Assembly: GCA_963733295.1 (NCBI GenBank)
Contig: CAVTCS010000003.1
Location: 800,001 to 864,000, forward strand
Direction of reading: 5' to 3'
DNA from: Vulcanimicrobiota bacterium
Lineage (GTDB): Bacteria; Vulcanimicrobiota; Vulcanimicrobiia; Vulcanimicrobiales; Vulcanimicrobiaceae
Length of the DNA: 64,000 nt
Shown: piece by piece, positions 32,273 to 43,143 of the stretch
How the letters are laid out: the number at the start of each line of letters is the position of its first letter
Numbering within the stretch: position 1 is the first letter of the stretch
The notes under the pieces: generated by a model
Told to the model about the DNA's origin: nothing
Databases searched by the model: none
The model's input: only the letters and a program-made list of their open reading frames with translations
Translations under genes and position numbers: made by a program

Positions 32273-33856
32273 TTAGATGCGCCTCCATTCGCGGCCGTCC
32301 GCAATCAGCAAGGCATCTGCACTCTGCGGACCCTGGCTGCCGGCCAGATAATTGGGGAAATCGGTGGCGGGCGACGAGGCCCAGCGTGTCATGATCGGCG
32401 TCACCGCCTCCCAAGCGCGTTCGACTGCATCCCAGCGGGTGAAAAGCGTCGCGTCGCCGCGCATCGCGTCCCCTATCAAACGCTCGTATGCGGGCGCCGA
32501 CACGACGCCGAATCCGGTACCGTAGTCGAAGTCCATCGTCACCGACCGGATGTGCATCTTGGCGCCGGGAACCTTCGCGTTGAACTTGATCGAGATGCCT
32601 TCGTCGGGTTCGATCTTCATGACGAGCGTGTTGGGCTCGATCGAATCTTGGCCTTCGCCGAAGATCCGGTGGGGAATGCGCCTGAAGGTCACGGCGATTT
32701 CGGAGTTCTTCCGGGCTAGACGCTTGCCGCTGCGTAAGTAGAAGGGCACGTCGGCCCAGCGCCAATTGTCGATGTAGAACTTCACGGCGGCGTACGTCGG
32801 CGTGCTCGAATTCGGGTCGACGCTCGGTTCCTCGCGGTAACCCGGCACCGGCTTGCCTTCGATGAGCCCCGGACCGTATTGTCCGCGCGCCGACATCTTG
32901 GGTACCTGATCGACCGTCACGGGACGCAAGGCCGATAGCACCTTGAACTTCTCGTTGCGGATGTCGTCCGCGTTCTGCGAGATCGGCGGTTCCATGGCAA
33001 CGAGCGCGAGCAGGTTGATGACGTGGTTTTGGATCATGTCGCGCAGCGCGCCGGAAGTCTCGTAGTAACCGCCGCGGCCCTCCACGCCGACGGTTTCCGC
33101 CGCGGTGATCTGCACGCAGTCGACGTAGAGCCGGTTCCAGATCGGCTCGAAGATCATGTTGGCGAAGCGCAGCGCCATGATGTCTTGGACCGGTTCTTTG
33201 CCGAGATAGTGGTCGATCCGGTAGACGTGCTTCTCGTCGAAGACCTTCATGACTTCGGCCTGCAAAGCGCGCGCCGACGGGAGATCGGTGCCGAAGGGTT
33301 TCTCGACGATGATGCGCGACCAGCCCGTGGCCTGGTCCTTAGGCCCGAGACCCGCGTTGTTGAGTTGCTGGATGACTTTGGTGAAGACCGAGGGCGGCGT
33401 CGCCAAATAGAAGAGCCGGTTTCCCAACGTCCCGAACTTCTGATCGTTTTCCTCGAGCTGCTGGCGCAGTTTGGTGAACGCACTGGCATCGTCGAAGTCG
33501 CCGCTGATGTAGCTCAGGTGATTGGCGAAGTCGGTCCAGAGGGGATCGCGCGCCGGCCCGCTTCGAGAAAACTGATCGACCGAAGCCTTCATCTGATCGC
33601 GGAACTGTTCGGAAGTCAGAGCGTTGCGCGAGAAGCCGACGATGGCGAAGTTGGTCGGAAGCACGTCGCCGAGCCGCAAGTTGTACATCGCCGGCATCAG
33701 CATGCGTTTCATGAGATCGCCGCTGGCGCCGAAAAAAACGATCGAACACGGGTCGGAGATCCGGTTCGAGTCGAGCCCCTCGCGCAGCGGGTTCGGTGTT
33801 ACGCCGCCCGCGACGCCGTCTGCCGGGCGCTCGAGGGTTTTCAGATCGGTCGTCAT
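32273..33856 (-). CDS. zwf: Glucose-6-phosphate 1-dehydrogenase
   Basis: GASGDL, EKPFG, RIDHYLGKE, DMIQNH. Confidence 0.96.
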   Translation of the reverse strand: MTTDLKTLERPADGVAGGVTPNPLREGLDSNRISDPCSIVFFGASGDLMKRMLMPAMYNLRLGDVLPTNFAIVGFSRNALTSEQFRDQMKASVDQFSRSGPARDPLWTDFANHLSYISGDFDDASAFTKLRQQLEENDQKFGTLGNRLFYLATPPSVFTKVIQQLNNAGLGPKDQATGWSRIIVEKPFGTDLPSARALQAEVMKVFDEKHVYRIDHYLGKEPVQDIMALRFANMIFEPIWNRLYVDCVQITAAETVGVEGRGGYYETSGALRDMIQNHVINLLALVAMEPPISQNADDIRNEKFKVLSALRPVTVDQVPKMSARGQYGPGLIEGKPVPGYREEPSVDPNSSTPTYAAVKFYIDNWRWADVPFYLRSGKRLARKNSEIAVTFRRIPHRIFGEGQDSIEPNTLVMKIEPDEGISIKFNAKVPGAKMHIRSVTMDFDYGTGFGVVSAPAYERLIGDAMRGDATLFTRWDAVERAWEAVTPIMTRWASSPATDFPNYLAGSQGPQSADALLIADGREWRRI

Positions 33857-33891
33857 CGGCTTAAGCGCTCCATTACATTACGGTTTCCAGA

Positions 33892-36714
33892 TTAGGCTTT
33901 GACCAGCAGGGCATCCTGGATTGCGTCCAAGAGCGCCGCCAAACCTTGCTCGACCGGAACCTTCAACGCGATTCGCGCTCCGCGGCGCCGGCGGTCGTCG
34001 AGCGATTTGAAATCACCGAGAGCCTGCGCGTGCAGGAGCGTCGCGAAACTTTCACGTCCCGGGATTGCGAGATCCGTAACCGGCTCGGCGGTCAACTCGA
34101 TGAAAACGCCCGCGTTCGGACCGCCTTTGTGGAGCTGACCGGTCGAATGCAAAAAGCGCGGTCCGAAGCCGGCGGTCGTCGCGACCGCGAGCGCGTTGCG
34201 CACGACGCGGCGGATGTCATCGAGCGCCTGCGCGTTTCGCGGATTCATCTCGAGAAACGCGTTGAAGGCGACGAAGTCGCCGGGTCCGGCCCCTCCAAGA
34301 ATTGCGGCGAGCGCGCTTTGCAAGCTCTCCCCGAGCGCGACGTCGCGCGATCCGGAAAGCGGATAAAGCGCAGCCCACGCCTCTGCGCGGGCCGGCGCGG
34401 GTTCTGGAAACTTGCCGCTCGTTTTGTAGGTGTCGACGATGCTTGCCGCGTTGTCCTTCGATTCTTGTACGTCGGGCTGGTCGAACGCATCGACGCCGAG
34501 GATCGCTCCGGCCGTCACGGTTGCGATCTCCCAAAGCGCGAATTGCCGGCCGAGATCGAGCCGGTCGTTCATGCTCAGCCTCACGACCGGATGTCCGGCG
34601 TTTTCCAACACCTGCAAACGCTTTTCGATGTCGGACGCATCCGCGGCCCCAGCGACGAGCTCGCTCTGCGGTAAACCGTTGCCGACGTAGACGAAGACCC
34701 TATCTTGACCGTAGTCTTCGGGGCTGCCGAGAGGCTCGCCGTCGATCGGGACGATGCCTGTGCCGCTCTTGCCGGTGCTCTCGGCGAGCAGTTGCTCGAC
34801 CCACGCGCCGAAAGCGCCGAGCGCAGGATGCGTCACGATCGTAACTTTGTCGCGGCCGGTTTTCGCGAAGAGTCCGAGCGTGGCGCCGAGGCGTACCGCT
34901 TCGGCCTCGGCGAGCGGCGTCGTGCGCGAATTCGCGGCGAGTTCCGCCAGGCCGCGATCGAGCAGAGCGGCAACGTCGTAACCCGCCAAGGCGCCCGGCA
35001 CGATCCCGGAGTACGACAGCGCCGAATAGCGCGCGCCGACGTTTGGATCGCTCTCGAAAACCCGCCGGAACCCGAAGGGTTGAGCGTCGCGCGCAAGCCA
35101 CGTGCCCGTACCGGTAATCGCAATGAAGTGCTTGCCGGCCGCGTCGGCGCCGACCACTTTGCTCAGCCGATCGAAGAAATACCGAAGGAAAACCTCAGGC
35201 TCGGTCGTGGTCCCGCTTTTCGTAGCTACGATGAAGAGCGTCGTCTCGAGGTCGAGTTTCTGCTCGAGCGCGGCGATCTGGTCGGGGTTGGTGGAATCGA
35301 GGACGTGCAGCTCGGGATAGCCGGCCACCTTTCCGAAAGTCGCGCGCAACGCGCCGGGCGCGAGCGAGTTCCCGCCGACGCCGAGCACGACCACGTGCGC
35401 GAAGCGCTTCGCGCACTCCGCTGCGAAAGAAGTCAAGTCGGCAACGCCTTCGGCAACGTGCGCGGCAGCGTCGAGCCAACCGAGCGGCTGCGCCGGATCG
35501 CTTTTCCAAAGCTTCGCGAGAAAGTCGTCCTGCGCCAGACGTGCCAAAGTCGCATCGAGTTCGAGCGGCGTGCTGCCGCGCGCCGGCGCGATGCGCCGCC
35601 CGTCTCCGCGGACCCGCCGCTTGGTTTCGATCGCGTCGAGAACCGCGGCGTACGAGTCGGCGAACGCCTTCACGCCCTCGACTTGCAGCCGCTGGGTTAC
35701 GTCGAACATCGAGATCTGCGCCGCGGCGAGCTGTTCGAAGACCGAGCGGGCGGCGTCCAGACCGCTTTCGACGCTGTCGGGCCGAATGACGCCGCGCGTC
35801 ATCAGAATGTCGAGGGTGCCGGGAGGAACGGTGTTAACGGTGTTCTTTCCGACGAGCTCTTCGACGTAGAGCAAGTCGGAATAGGCGCGATTTTTGGTTC
35901 CGGTGCTGGCCCAAAGCGGGCGCTGAACGAGGGCGCCCTTGGCGCGCAGCCGCTCGAAGCGCTCGCCTTCGAAAAGACGCTTGTAGCGCTGATAGATCAG
36001 CTTGAGGTTGGCAACGCCCGCTTTGCCGAGGAGGCTCTTCAACTGCGAATGTCCGGCCTCGATGCGCTCCCCGAGCAGCTTATCGACGGCCGTGTCGATG
36101 CGGCTGACGAAGACGCTCGCGACCGAACCGATGCGGTCGATCCGATCGCCCGCCGCACCCCGCACCTCGAGACCTTCTAAATAGGCGACCGCGGCGGCCT
36201 CGTACGTATCCGCTGAAAAGATCAAGGTGACGTTCACGTTGATCCCCGCTCCCACGACCGCCGAAATCGCCGGAATGCCCTCCGGGGTCGCCGGAATCTT
36301 GATCATCACGTTCGGCCGATCGACCGTTCGCCACAGACGCTTGGCGGCTTCAATCGTCGCCTGCGTGTCCCTCGCCAAGAGCGGCGAGACCTCGAGGCTT
36401 ACGAAGCCATCGCGGCCCGAAGTCAGGTCGTAAAGCGGCCGGAATTCGTCGCAAGCGTGCCGGATGTCGTCGATCGCTAGCGCTTCGAATACCTCGACCG
36501 CGCCGCTTTCGGATTCGAAGAGGTCGCGCAGTTGCGCGTCGTAGTCGGTGCTGCTCCCGATCGCCTTCTCGAAGATGGTCGGATTCGAGGTCATGCCGCG
36601 CAAGCCGAGCTCGATCAGCGCGTGCAGTTCGCCTGACGAGAACATGCTGCGCCGGATGTTGTCGAGCCAAACGCTCTGGCCGGCGGCAGCAAGCTGTTGA
36701 AGCTGGACGTTCAC
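33892..36714 (-). CDS. tal-pgi: Bifunctional transaldolase / phosphoglucose isomerase
   Basis: TAL: WLD, TSNPTIF, MIKIP, NVTLIF, LWASTG; PGI: KSGTT, AESTGK, GQLHKGG. Confidence 0.9.
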   Translation of the reverse strand: MNVQLQQLAAAGQSVWLDNIRRSMFSSGELHALIELGLRGMTSNPTIFEKAIGSSTDYDAQLRDLFESESGAVEVFEALAIDDIRHACDEFRPLYDLTSGRDGFVSLEVSPLLARDTQATIEAAKRLWRTVDRPNVMIKIPATPEGIPAISAVVGAGINVNVTLIFSADTYEAAAVAYLEGLEVRGAAGDRIDRIGSVASVFVSRIDTAVDKLLGERIEAGHSQLKSLLGKAGVANLKLIYQRYKRLFEGERFERLRAKGALVQRPLWASTGTKNRAYSDLLYVEELVGKNTVNTVPPGTLDILMTRGVIRPDSVESGLDAARSVFEQLAAAQISMFDVTQRLQVEGVKAFADSYAAVLDAIETKRRVRGDGRRIAPARGSTPLELDATLARLAQDDFLAKLWKSDPAQPLGWLDAAAHVAEGVADLTSFAAECAKRFAHVVVLGVGGNSLAPGALRATFGKVAGYPELHVLDSTNPDQIAALEQKLDLETTLFIVATKSGTTTEPEVFLRYFFDRLSKVVGADAAGKHFIAITGTGTWLARDAQPFGFRRVFESDPNVGARYSALSYSGIVPGALAGYDVAALLDRGLAELAANSRTTPLAEAEAVRLGATLGLFAKTGRDKVTIVTHPALGAFGAWVEQLLAESTGKSGTGIVPIDGEPLGSPEDYGQDRVFVYVGNGLPQSELVAGAADASDIEKRLQVLENAGHPVVRLSMNDRLDLGRQFALWEIATVTAGAILGVDAFDQPDVQESKDNAASIVDTYKTSGKFPEPAPARAEAWAALYPLSGSRDVALGESLQSALAAILGGAGPGDFVAFNAFLEMNPRNAQALDDIRRVVRNALAVATTAGFGPRFLHSTGQLHKGGPNAGVFIELTAEPVTDLAIPGRESFATLLHAQALGDFKSLDDRRRRGARIALKVPVEQGLAALLDAIQDALLVKA

Positions 36715-36719
36715 GTCGC

Positions 36720-38705
36720 TCAGGTCTTCGCGAGCAGTCCCGAGGCGACCGCGGCCACCGCCTCGGCGGTGAAGCCGAGAGCCTTTGCGATTTCGGCCGC
36801 GGGGGCTGAGAAACCGAAACGATCTATCCCGATCGCGATGCCGCGCTCGCCGATCCAGCGGTGCCAGCCGAAAGTCGCGCCCGCCTCGATCGAGACTCGG
36901 GCCGCAACCTCAGCCGGGATCACCGATTCGCGATACGCATCGTCCTGCGCGGCGAAAAGATCCATCGAAGGCATCGACACGACGCGCGTTGCGGTTCCGC
37001 CGGCTTCGAGAAGCTTCGCCGCTTCGACCGCGAGCGAGACTTCCGATCCCGTAGCGATGAGGATGATGTCGGGCTGCTTGTCGCCTCCGCTCAAGACGTA
37101 GGCTCCGCGCGCGATGTCGAAGCTGCGTTCGCCGAGGAACGGCACCTTTTGACGCGTCAACACGATCGTGCTCGGGCCTTCGTGCGCGATCGCGAATTTC
37201 CACGCCTCGAGGGTTTCGAGCGAATCGGCCGGACGGAGCGTCACGAGGTTCGGGGTTGCCCGAAGGGTCGCGAGTTGTTCGATCGGCTGGTGCGTCGGGC
37301 CGTCTTCGCCCAAGAACACCGAGTCGTGAGTAAAGACGAAGATAACCTTCGATTCGCTGAGCGCCGCCAGACGAACCGGCGGTTTCATGTAGTCGACAAA
37401 GTTGAAGAACGTCGCCGTGAACGGAAGATTCCCGCCGTGCGCCGCGATTCCAACCGAGACTGCGCCCATCGCGTGTTCGCGGATACCGTAATGAATGTTG
37501 CGGCCTTCGTAGTTCCCCGGTTCGAAATCGCCGAGACCCTTGAGATAAGTCTTCGTCGAAGGATCCAAGTCTGCCGAGCCGCCGATGAGCTCCGGAAGCT
37601 CTGCGGCGATCGCATTCATCACGGTTCCGCCGGCGTCGCGCGTCGCGACGCCCCCGTTTTCGGCGGTGAAGGCCGGCCAGGGAAGTTTCGCGGGCAGCGT
37701 CCCGGCTTGGGTGCGCTCCCATTGCGCGCGTAGCTGGGGATTCTCGTTCTTCCATGCGGCGAGCGCTGTGTTCCAAGTTTGCTCCGCCACCGCGCCGCGC
37801 GTCCCGCGTTCGCGCCACCACGACATCACCTCGGGAGGCACGTAGAAGTCCGGCTCGAGCGGCCAGTCGAAAAATTCTTTGGTTTTCTTGACGTTGTCGA
37901 CACCCAGCGGTTCGCCGTGCGCCGAAAACGTGTCGGCGCGTGGCGAGCCGTAGCCGATGATCGTGCGAACCGCGATGAGCGAAGGACGCGGGTCGGCTTT
38001 CGCTGCCGCGATAGCCGAGTCGATCGCGAAGACGTCGTTGCCGTCATCGTGCGAGACTTGCTGCGTGTGCCAGCCGTACGCGGCGTAGCGCGCCAGCACG
38101 TCCTCCGTGAAGGTTACCTCGGTCGGAGCTGCGAGCGAGATGTGGTTGTCGTCGTACAGCACGATCAATTTTCCGAGGCGCAGGTGGCCGGCGAGCGACC
38201 CAGACTCAGCCGAAACGCCTTCCATCAGGTCGCCGTCGCTCGCGATGACGTAGGTATGATGGTCCACGATTTTCTGATTTCGATTGTACACGGCGGCGAG
38301 GTGCGCTTCGGCGATCGCGAGCCCGACCGCGTTCGCGACGCCCTGGCCGAGCGGCCCGGTCGTCACCTCGACGCCGGCGGTCATGTGCGACTCGGGGTGG
38401 CCCGGCGTCTTGCTCTCGAACTGCCGGAAATTCTTGAGATCGTCGAGCGTCAGCCCAGCGCCCGTCAAGTAGAGCAGCGAGTAGAGCAGCATCGAGCCGT
38501 GCCCGGCGCTCAGGACGAAACGGTCGCGATCGGGCCACCGCAGATCCGCGGCATTGAACTTGAGATGGTTCGCCCAGATAGCGTAGGCCATCGGCGCCGC
38601 GCCCAGCGGCAGACCGGGATGGCCGGAGTTCGCTTTTTGAACTCCGTCGATCGAGAGCATGCGGATCGCGTTGATGCGCTTCTGGACGTCGCTGTCGGCC
38701 GGCAC
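36720..38705 (-). CDS. tkt: Transketolase
   Basis: [38 protein letters not shown]. Confidence 0.96.
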   Translation of the reverse strand: MPADSDVQKRINAIRMLSIDGVQKANSGHPGLPLGAAPMAYAIWANHLKFNAADLRWPDRDRFVLSAGHGSMLLYSLLYLTGAGLTLDDLKNFRQFESKTPGHPESHMTAGVEVTTGPLGQGVANAVGLAIAEAHLAAVYNRNQKIVDHHTYVIASDGDLMEGVSAESGSLAGHLRLGKLIVLYDDNHISLAAPTEVTFTEDVLARYAAYGWHTQQVSHDDGNDVFAIDSAIAAAKADPRPSLIAVRTIIGYGSPRADTFSAHGEPLGVDNVKKTKEFFDWPLEPDFYVPPEVMSWWRERGTRGAVAEQTWNTALAAWKNENPQLRAQWERTQAGTLPAKLPWPAFTAENGGVATRDAGGTVMNAIAAELPELIGGSADLDPSTKTYLKGLGDFEPGNYEGRNIHYGIREHAMGAVSVGIAAHGGNLPFTATFFNFVDYMKPPVRLAALSESKVIFVFTHDSVFLGEDGPTHQPIEQLATLRATPNLVTLRPADSLETLEAWKFAIAHEGPSTIVLTRQKVPFLGERSFDIARGAYVLSGGDKQPDIILIATGSEVSLAVEAAKLLEAGGTATRVVSMPSMDLFAAQDDAYRESVIPAEVAARVSIEAGATFGWHRWIGERGIAIGIDRFGFSAPAAEIAKALGFTAEAVAAVASGLLAKT

Positions 38706-38814
38706 CGGTTGCCTCTTTTCGAAGGAAATTGCGGACTCGCTCGTTTCGCCGCCGGAGACGCCGTTCCCCGACGCCGCCCGCTTGAGGGCTTCGAACGCTT
38801 TTCAGGCAGGCATT

Positions 38815-39690
38815 TTACCCACGTCGCCGCCCGGAAATCGTCTCTGGTCCAAGATCGAGACCTTCGGAACGCACGCGCAGATCGACGTAGTAAACGACGA
38901 AGAACGCCCACGAAAAAACAAGGTAGAAGAGCTGGACGACTACGGCTACGAGAACGGCGAGGATCGCGACGAGCGGGGGATTCCAGGAAAGAAGCCACGC
39001 GAAGCCGCGCACGGGCAGCTGCGCACAAACAGTCACCATCACGCCGCCTAGTGCGATCAGCGCCCCGTAGACGAATGTCGTACGCGCGTGACCTCCTCCA
39101 ATCGAACGGTCCCAGCCGCGTAACCATGACTCGACGGCTGAACTCCACTCGCCGATACAGCCGACGAATGCGACGCCCCCGACGCACGCCGCGAAGCCGT
39201 ACGCGACAATCAGAGCGAGCAACACGACCATCGTCAAGAAGAACGCGGCCACCTCTCCGTTCGGCGTCGAGAAGAAGGGCGAGGAGAACTGCGGGTTGCT
39301 AAGAGCTGCGAATACGGCGATGGCCGGGACACTTACGACGGTGAAGTACGTCAGCATCAGCAGGCTCAATTGCAGCCACGTCCGCCGAACGCCGGTCAAC
39401 ATTCGCGAAAGGCGTGCGGGACGCCCGAAGTACACGTCGAGCAGGACGGTCACCACTGAGGCGACCCCCGCGACGACCCCCGCGAACAGAAAGAACGATC
39501 CCAGAATCACGGGACCCAGACCCGGCACGTGCGCATGGGTCGAGACGAAAACGATGAGCCAAGCGCCGCCGAATCCAACCGCGATAGCGATCAGTGAGGC
39601 GGCGCCGGCCGGCACGATCGTCCGCATAGCGAGCGATGACGCGCGGTCGACGATTTCTCCGAGCGAGAGCGGCCGGAGCGGCGGCCTCAA
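38815..39690 (-). CDS. Integral membrane protein (LRPLSLGEI...YVDLRVRSEGLDL family)
   Basis: TTG start overlapping upstream stop; about 6 TM; recognisable terminal motifs. Confidence 0.7.
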   Translation of the reverse strand: MRPPLRPLSLGEIVDRASSLAMRTIVPAGAASLIAIAVGFGGAWLIVFVSTHAHVPGLGPVILGSFFLFAGVVAGVASVVTVLLDVYFGRPARLSRMLTGVRRTWLQLSLLMLTYFTVVSVPAIAVFAALSNPQFSSPFFSTPNGEVAAFFLTMVVLLALIVAYGFAACVGGVAFVGCIGEWSSAVESWLRGWDRSIGGGHARTTFVYGALIALGGVMVTVCAQLPVRGFAWLLSWNPPLVAILAVLVAVVVQLFYLVFSWAFFVVYYVDLRVRSEGLDLGPETISGRRRG

Positions 39691-40733
39691 GGCAGCTTCG
39701 TGTAGTCGCTCGGGATCTCGAACAGGTTGCGGTCGAGCACACCCAGGGCGTGAACGTTGCCGCGTTCGGTGAGGAACGAAAAGCTCTGTGGCGCGCTGCT
39801 GGGCCGGCCCGAAGCCGCGCCGCCGGACGAACTTAGTGTCATGAGGGAGTACAGGGCCAGCTTGCCCGACGGCTCGGGAGGTCCGCTCGAAGACTCGGTT
39901 ACGGTCGGCCGGCAGCCGCCGCGGGCGACCATCTGTGTTGGTTCGCGCGGGTACGAGCGCGCCGGGGTCGCCGTGAAGTCGACCGGGCAGAGGGCGTGCG
40001 GTTGCACGAAACCGGAGAGATACTGATCGTGCGTCACGCTGAACGAGCCGTTGCGACACGAGCCCGTGGCCTGGCTCATGGCGATCGCGTTCGTGGACGC
40101 AAAGTGCGACGTGTTGATCCCGTCGATCAACATCGTGCCCAGCGCGCGCACGGTGCGCGTCAGAGCGAGGATGCCGCTGCCGGGCGGTTCGGGACTGGCC
40201 GCCGGTGACGGATGACGCGCGGGCCCCGGAACCGGCGCCGCTACGTTTGCGGTGGGCGAGGGCGAGGTATCGACGATGCGATAGGTCTTCTTGTCGAGAT
40301 CCAGCTCGACCAATTGATGCAGGTCGCATTTGCGGATCGTCGCGGTCTTGGCGAGAATGTCGTCGACGCGGGTCCAGCTTCCGTAGAACGAATAGCGCTC
40401 GACGCGACCTTGCGTGAGGCTGGCGAGCTCGGCGAACGCCGGACCGAGCATGCGCGTCATGGCGTTTGAGAGCTGATCGCCCGCGAGGTCGCTGAGGTTT
40501 CCGCTCACGATTGCGCCGATCAGGCCGTGCTTCTTTTTCGGCTCTGGGGACGGGCTCTCGATCGCCGCGACGTCGGCCGCAAACGAGCCCGGCGGCGGCG
40601 GCGTCGCGGGCGCCGCCAAGAGGCGGTCGATTTCGTCGTACTGCATCCCGCTCGACGTCGGAGCGGCGAACGCATAGAGGGTTCCGGCGCCGGCCAGAAA
40701 TGCGAACGAGACGAGCGATAAGAAGCGTTTCAC
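39687..40733 (-). CDS. Secreted hypothetical protein with Pro/Ser/Thr-rich linkers
   Basis: Signal peptide MKRFLSLV..AFA; 4 Cys; C-terminal LFEIPSDYTK motif. Confidence 0.7.
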   Translation of the reverse strand: MKRFLSLVSFAFLAGAGTLYAFAAPTSSGMQYDEIDRLLAAPATPPPPGSFAADVAAIESPSPEPKKKHGLIGAIVSGNLSDLAGDQLSNAMTRMLGPAFAELASLTQGRVERYSFYGSWTRVDDILAKTATIRKCDLHQLVELDLDKKTYRIVDTSPSPTANVAAPVPGPARHPSPAASPEPPGSGILALTRTVRALGTMLIDGINTSHFASTNAIAMSQATGSCRNGSFSVTHDQYLSGFVQPHALCPVDFTATPARSYPREPTQMVARGGCRPTVTESSSGPPEPSGKLALYSLMTLSSSGGAASGRPSSAPQSFSFLTERGNVHALGVLDRNLFEIPSDYTKLP

Positions 40734-40819
40734 GCCGATCCCAAGTCACCGCAGAAAGGATAGGAGGTCTTTGCGGGCGCCGTGGAGGCCCTCCTTCGGT
40801 AGGAGTTTCGGCGAACCGG

Positions 40820-41698
40820 ATGTACCTCGCGCGGATGGAGCATGGACGAGCGGTCGAATTGCGGGCGCGTATCGAGGCCTTGAGCGCGGACGCAACGGGC
40901 TTGCGTGGTGCAGACGGAGCGGCGGTCGACGAGGTGATCGACGCGCTCGACGTCGGTGCGCTGCGCGTTTGCGAGCCCGAAGCCGGCGCTTGGGTGACCC
41001 ACGCCTGGATCAAGCAGGCGATCTTGCTCTACTTCCGGCGCTGGGACAGCGTCGTCGTCGGGGAGCACAGCTATCCTGAATCTGCGGCACGTTATCGCGC
41101 GCTGCCGCCGAGTTTCTTCGATAAGCTTCCAACGAAGCGCAACTTCGAAGCGCTCGGCGCGCGCTGCGTTCCGCCCGGCGTGGCGCGCTACGGTTCGTTC
41201 ATGGGCCGCGGCTCGATCTTGATGCCGGGCTTCATTAACATCGGCGCCTACGTCGACGAGGGATCGATGGTCGATACGTGGGCCACGGTCGGCTCGTGCG
41301 CGCAGATCGGGAAGGACGTGCACTTGGCGGGCGGCGTCGGCATCGGCGGCGTCCTCGAACCTCCCCAGGCTCAACCGGTGGTTGTCGAAGACGGCGCCTT
41401 CGTCGGTTCGCGCTGCGTCGTCGTGGAGGGAATCTTTGTCGGTCGCGAGGCGGTTTTGGGTGCCGGAGTCGTTTTGACGTCGAGCACGCCGATCGTCGAC
41501 GTCCGCGGTCCGAAGCCGGTCGTGAGCCACGGCCGCATCGAACCGCGTTCGGTCGTCATTCCCGGCTCGCTCCCCAAGGACTTTCCGGCCGGCTCGTTTG
41601 GAGTACCCTGTGCGCTCGTCATCGGCGAACGCACCGCCTCGACCGACCGGAAGACGTCGCTCGAACGGGCAATTCGAGACTACGGAGTTGCACTATGA
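40820..41698 (+). CDS. dapD: Tetrahydrodipicolinate N-succinyltransferase
   Basis: WIKQAILLYF, FFDK, NIGAYVDEGSMVDTWATVGSCAQIG, GGVLEP. Confidence 0.93.
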   Translation: MYLARMEHGRAVELRARIEALSADATGLRGADGAAVDEVIDALDVGALRVCEPEAGAWVTHAWIKQAILLYFRRWDSVVVGEHSYPESAARYRALPPSFFDKLPTKRNFEALGARCVPPGVARYGSFMGRGSILMPGFINIGAYVDEGSMVDTWATVGSCAQIGKDVHLAGGVGIGGVLEPPQAQPVVVEDGAFVGSRCVVVEGIFVGREAVLGAGVVLTSSTPIVDVRGPKPVVSHGRIEPRSVVIPGSLPKDFPAGSFGVPCALVIGERTASTDRKTSLERAIRDYGVAL

Positions 41699-42861
41699 AC
41701 CCTGCCGTCGAATCCATCGGCGGATCCATCATCCGGGCGCTGCACGCACGGCGCAAACCCGGCTCGATCGACCTCGGTCTCGGCGAACCGACCTTGCCTC
41801 CGAACGTCGCGTACTTCGAGCGCGCCACCGAATGGATAGGCGAACATGGCTGCCGCTATTCGACCAATATCGGTCACGACGACCTGCGCGAGCTGATCGC
41901 AGCGCACTATGCCTATCCGGCGCTCGACGACAAGGCGAACGTCTGCATGATGACTGGTTCGCAAGAAGCGGTCTACGTCGCGATGAAGGCGCTGCTCGAT
42001 CCGGCGCGCGACGAAGTGCTGCTGGTCGAGCCGGCCTTTCCCGTTTACGCGAAAATCGCCCAGGTCGAGGGCATCCATTTGCGCCGGGTGACGATGGATC
42101 CGAGCGACGACTGCGCCTTCGACGCCGAGCGCATTTTGGACGCCCTCGGCCCGCGTACGCGTCTGGTCGTGCTGTGCTCGCCCTGCAATCCGACGGGCCG
42201 GGTCATCTCGAAGGCGGCGGTGGGGCGCATCGCGCAAGCGCTGCTCGCGCGCGAAGGCGCTCCCGTCTACGTTCTGCACGACGAGATCTATCGCGAGCTC
42301 ACGTACAGCGCGGACGCCGGCGAGTTCGGCAAAGTCTATCCATACACCATTGCGGTGAACTCGCTTTCGAAGAGCAACGCCTTAACCGGCTTGCGGATCG
42401 GCTGGCTGATCGCGCCGCGCGACGTGATGCCCGGGATCGTGAAGATGCACGGCTGGGCCACCTCGTGCGCGAGCACGTTCGCGCAGCGCGTCGCCTTTGA
42501 GATCTTCGCGGCAGGCGACCTGCGCGGTCACGCCGAGTGGTACGCCGGCCAGCGTAAGGCCGCGCTCGCCGCGGCGCGTGCCGAGGGGTTGAGGTCGATC
42601 GAACCGGAGGGCGCGTTTTATTTGTGCCTCGAGGTCGGCGCGGAGGATACGCTCGGTTTCGTCGAGCGGCTCATCGACGAGAGCGACGTCGTCGCCATCC
42701 CCGGCCACATCTTTTCGCCCTCGCTGCGCGGCTGGTTGCGGACGAGCTTCGTCGCATCCCCCGACGACATCCGCCGAGGCTACGCTCGCATCGCCGAACT
42801 CGCCGCGAAGGTTCGGGAGGAGCATCGTCCTTCGGAGCTGGCGCCGGGCTTACGTTCGTAA
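41695..42861 (+). CDS. PLP-dependent class I/II aminotransferase (possible DapC)
   Basis: NPTG, DEIY, SLSKS..TGLRIG; ATGA overlap with dapD. Confidence 0.85.
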   Translation: MNPAVESIGGSIIRALHARRKPGSIDLGLGEPTLPPNVAYFERATEWIGEHGCRYSTNIGHDDLRELIAAHYAYPALDDKANVCMMTGSQEAVYVAMKALLDPARDEVLLVEPAFPVYAKIAQVEGIHLRRVTMDPSDDCAFDAERILDALGPRTRLVVLCSPCNPTGRVISKAAVGRIAQALLAREGAPVYVLHDEIYRELTYSADAGEFGKVYPYTIAVNSLSKSNALTGLRIGWLIAPRDVMPGIVKMHGWATSCASTFAQRVAFEIFAAGDLRGHAEWYAGQRKAALAAARAEGLRSIEPEGAFYLCLEVGAEDTLGFVERLIDESDVVAIPGHIFSPSLRGWLRTSFVASPDDIRRGYARIAELAAKVREEHRPSELAPGLRS

Positions 42862-42873
42862 GCGCCGGATCCG

Positions 42874-43143
42874 CTAACTCCGGTTGCGGCCGCGAGTAAA
42901 GACGATCGCCAGCGATGCGACGACCGCGGCGACGCTGATGGCGGGATGCGCGCGCAGGTAGAGCCGTGGTGCGTTCGGGGCGCCCGAGAGGAGGATCGTG
43001 AGCTCGACGCCCCAGAGCAGCGCGATGAGCACGAGGAGTGCGACGTGCAGGCGGGGACGATCGAGCAGAATGAACGCGATCGCGCCGAAGAGCGCGACTC
43101 CGACGACGGCGAGGTCGAGGTAGAGGCGCACGGGATCGTTCAC
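42874..43143 (-). CDS. Small 3-TM membrane protein
   Basis: Three hydrophobic segments; start overlaps upstream stop. Confidence 0.6.
   Translation of the reverse strand: MNDPVRLYLDLAVVGVALFGAIAFILLDRPRLHVALLVLIALLWGVELTILLSGAPNAPRLYLRAHPAISVAAVVASLAIVFTRGRNRS

Noticed and set aside
30507..32765. 752-aa ORF suggesting a Pgl fusion
   Set aside because: The N-terminal 500 aa is an Arg-rich alternate frame of zwf/opcA; the real start is GTG 31253
38815..41013. 732-aa ORF
   Set aside because: Only the last 291 aa look like a protein; the rest overlaps other genes out of frame
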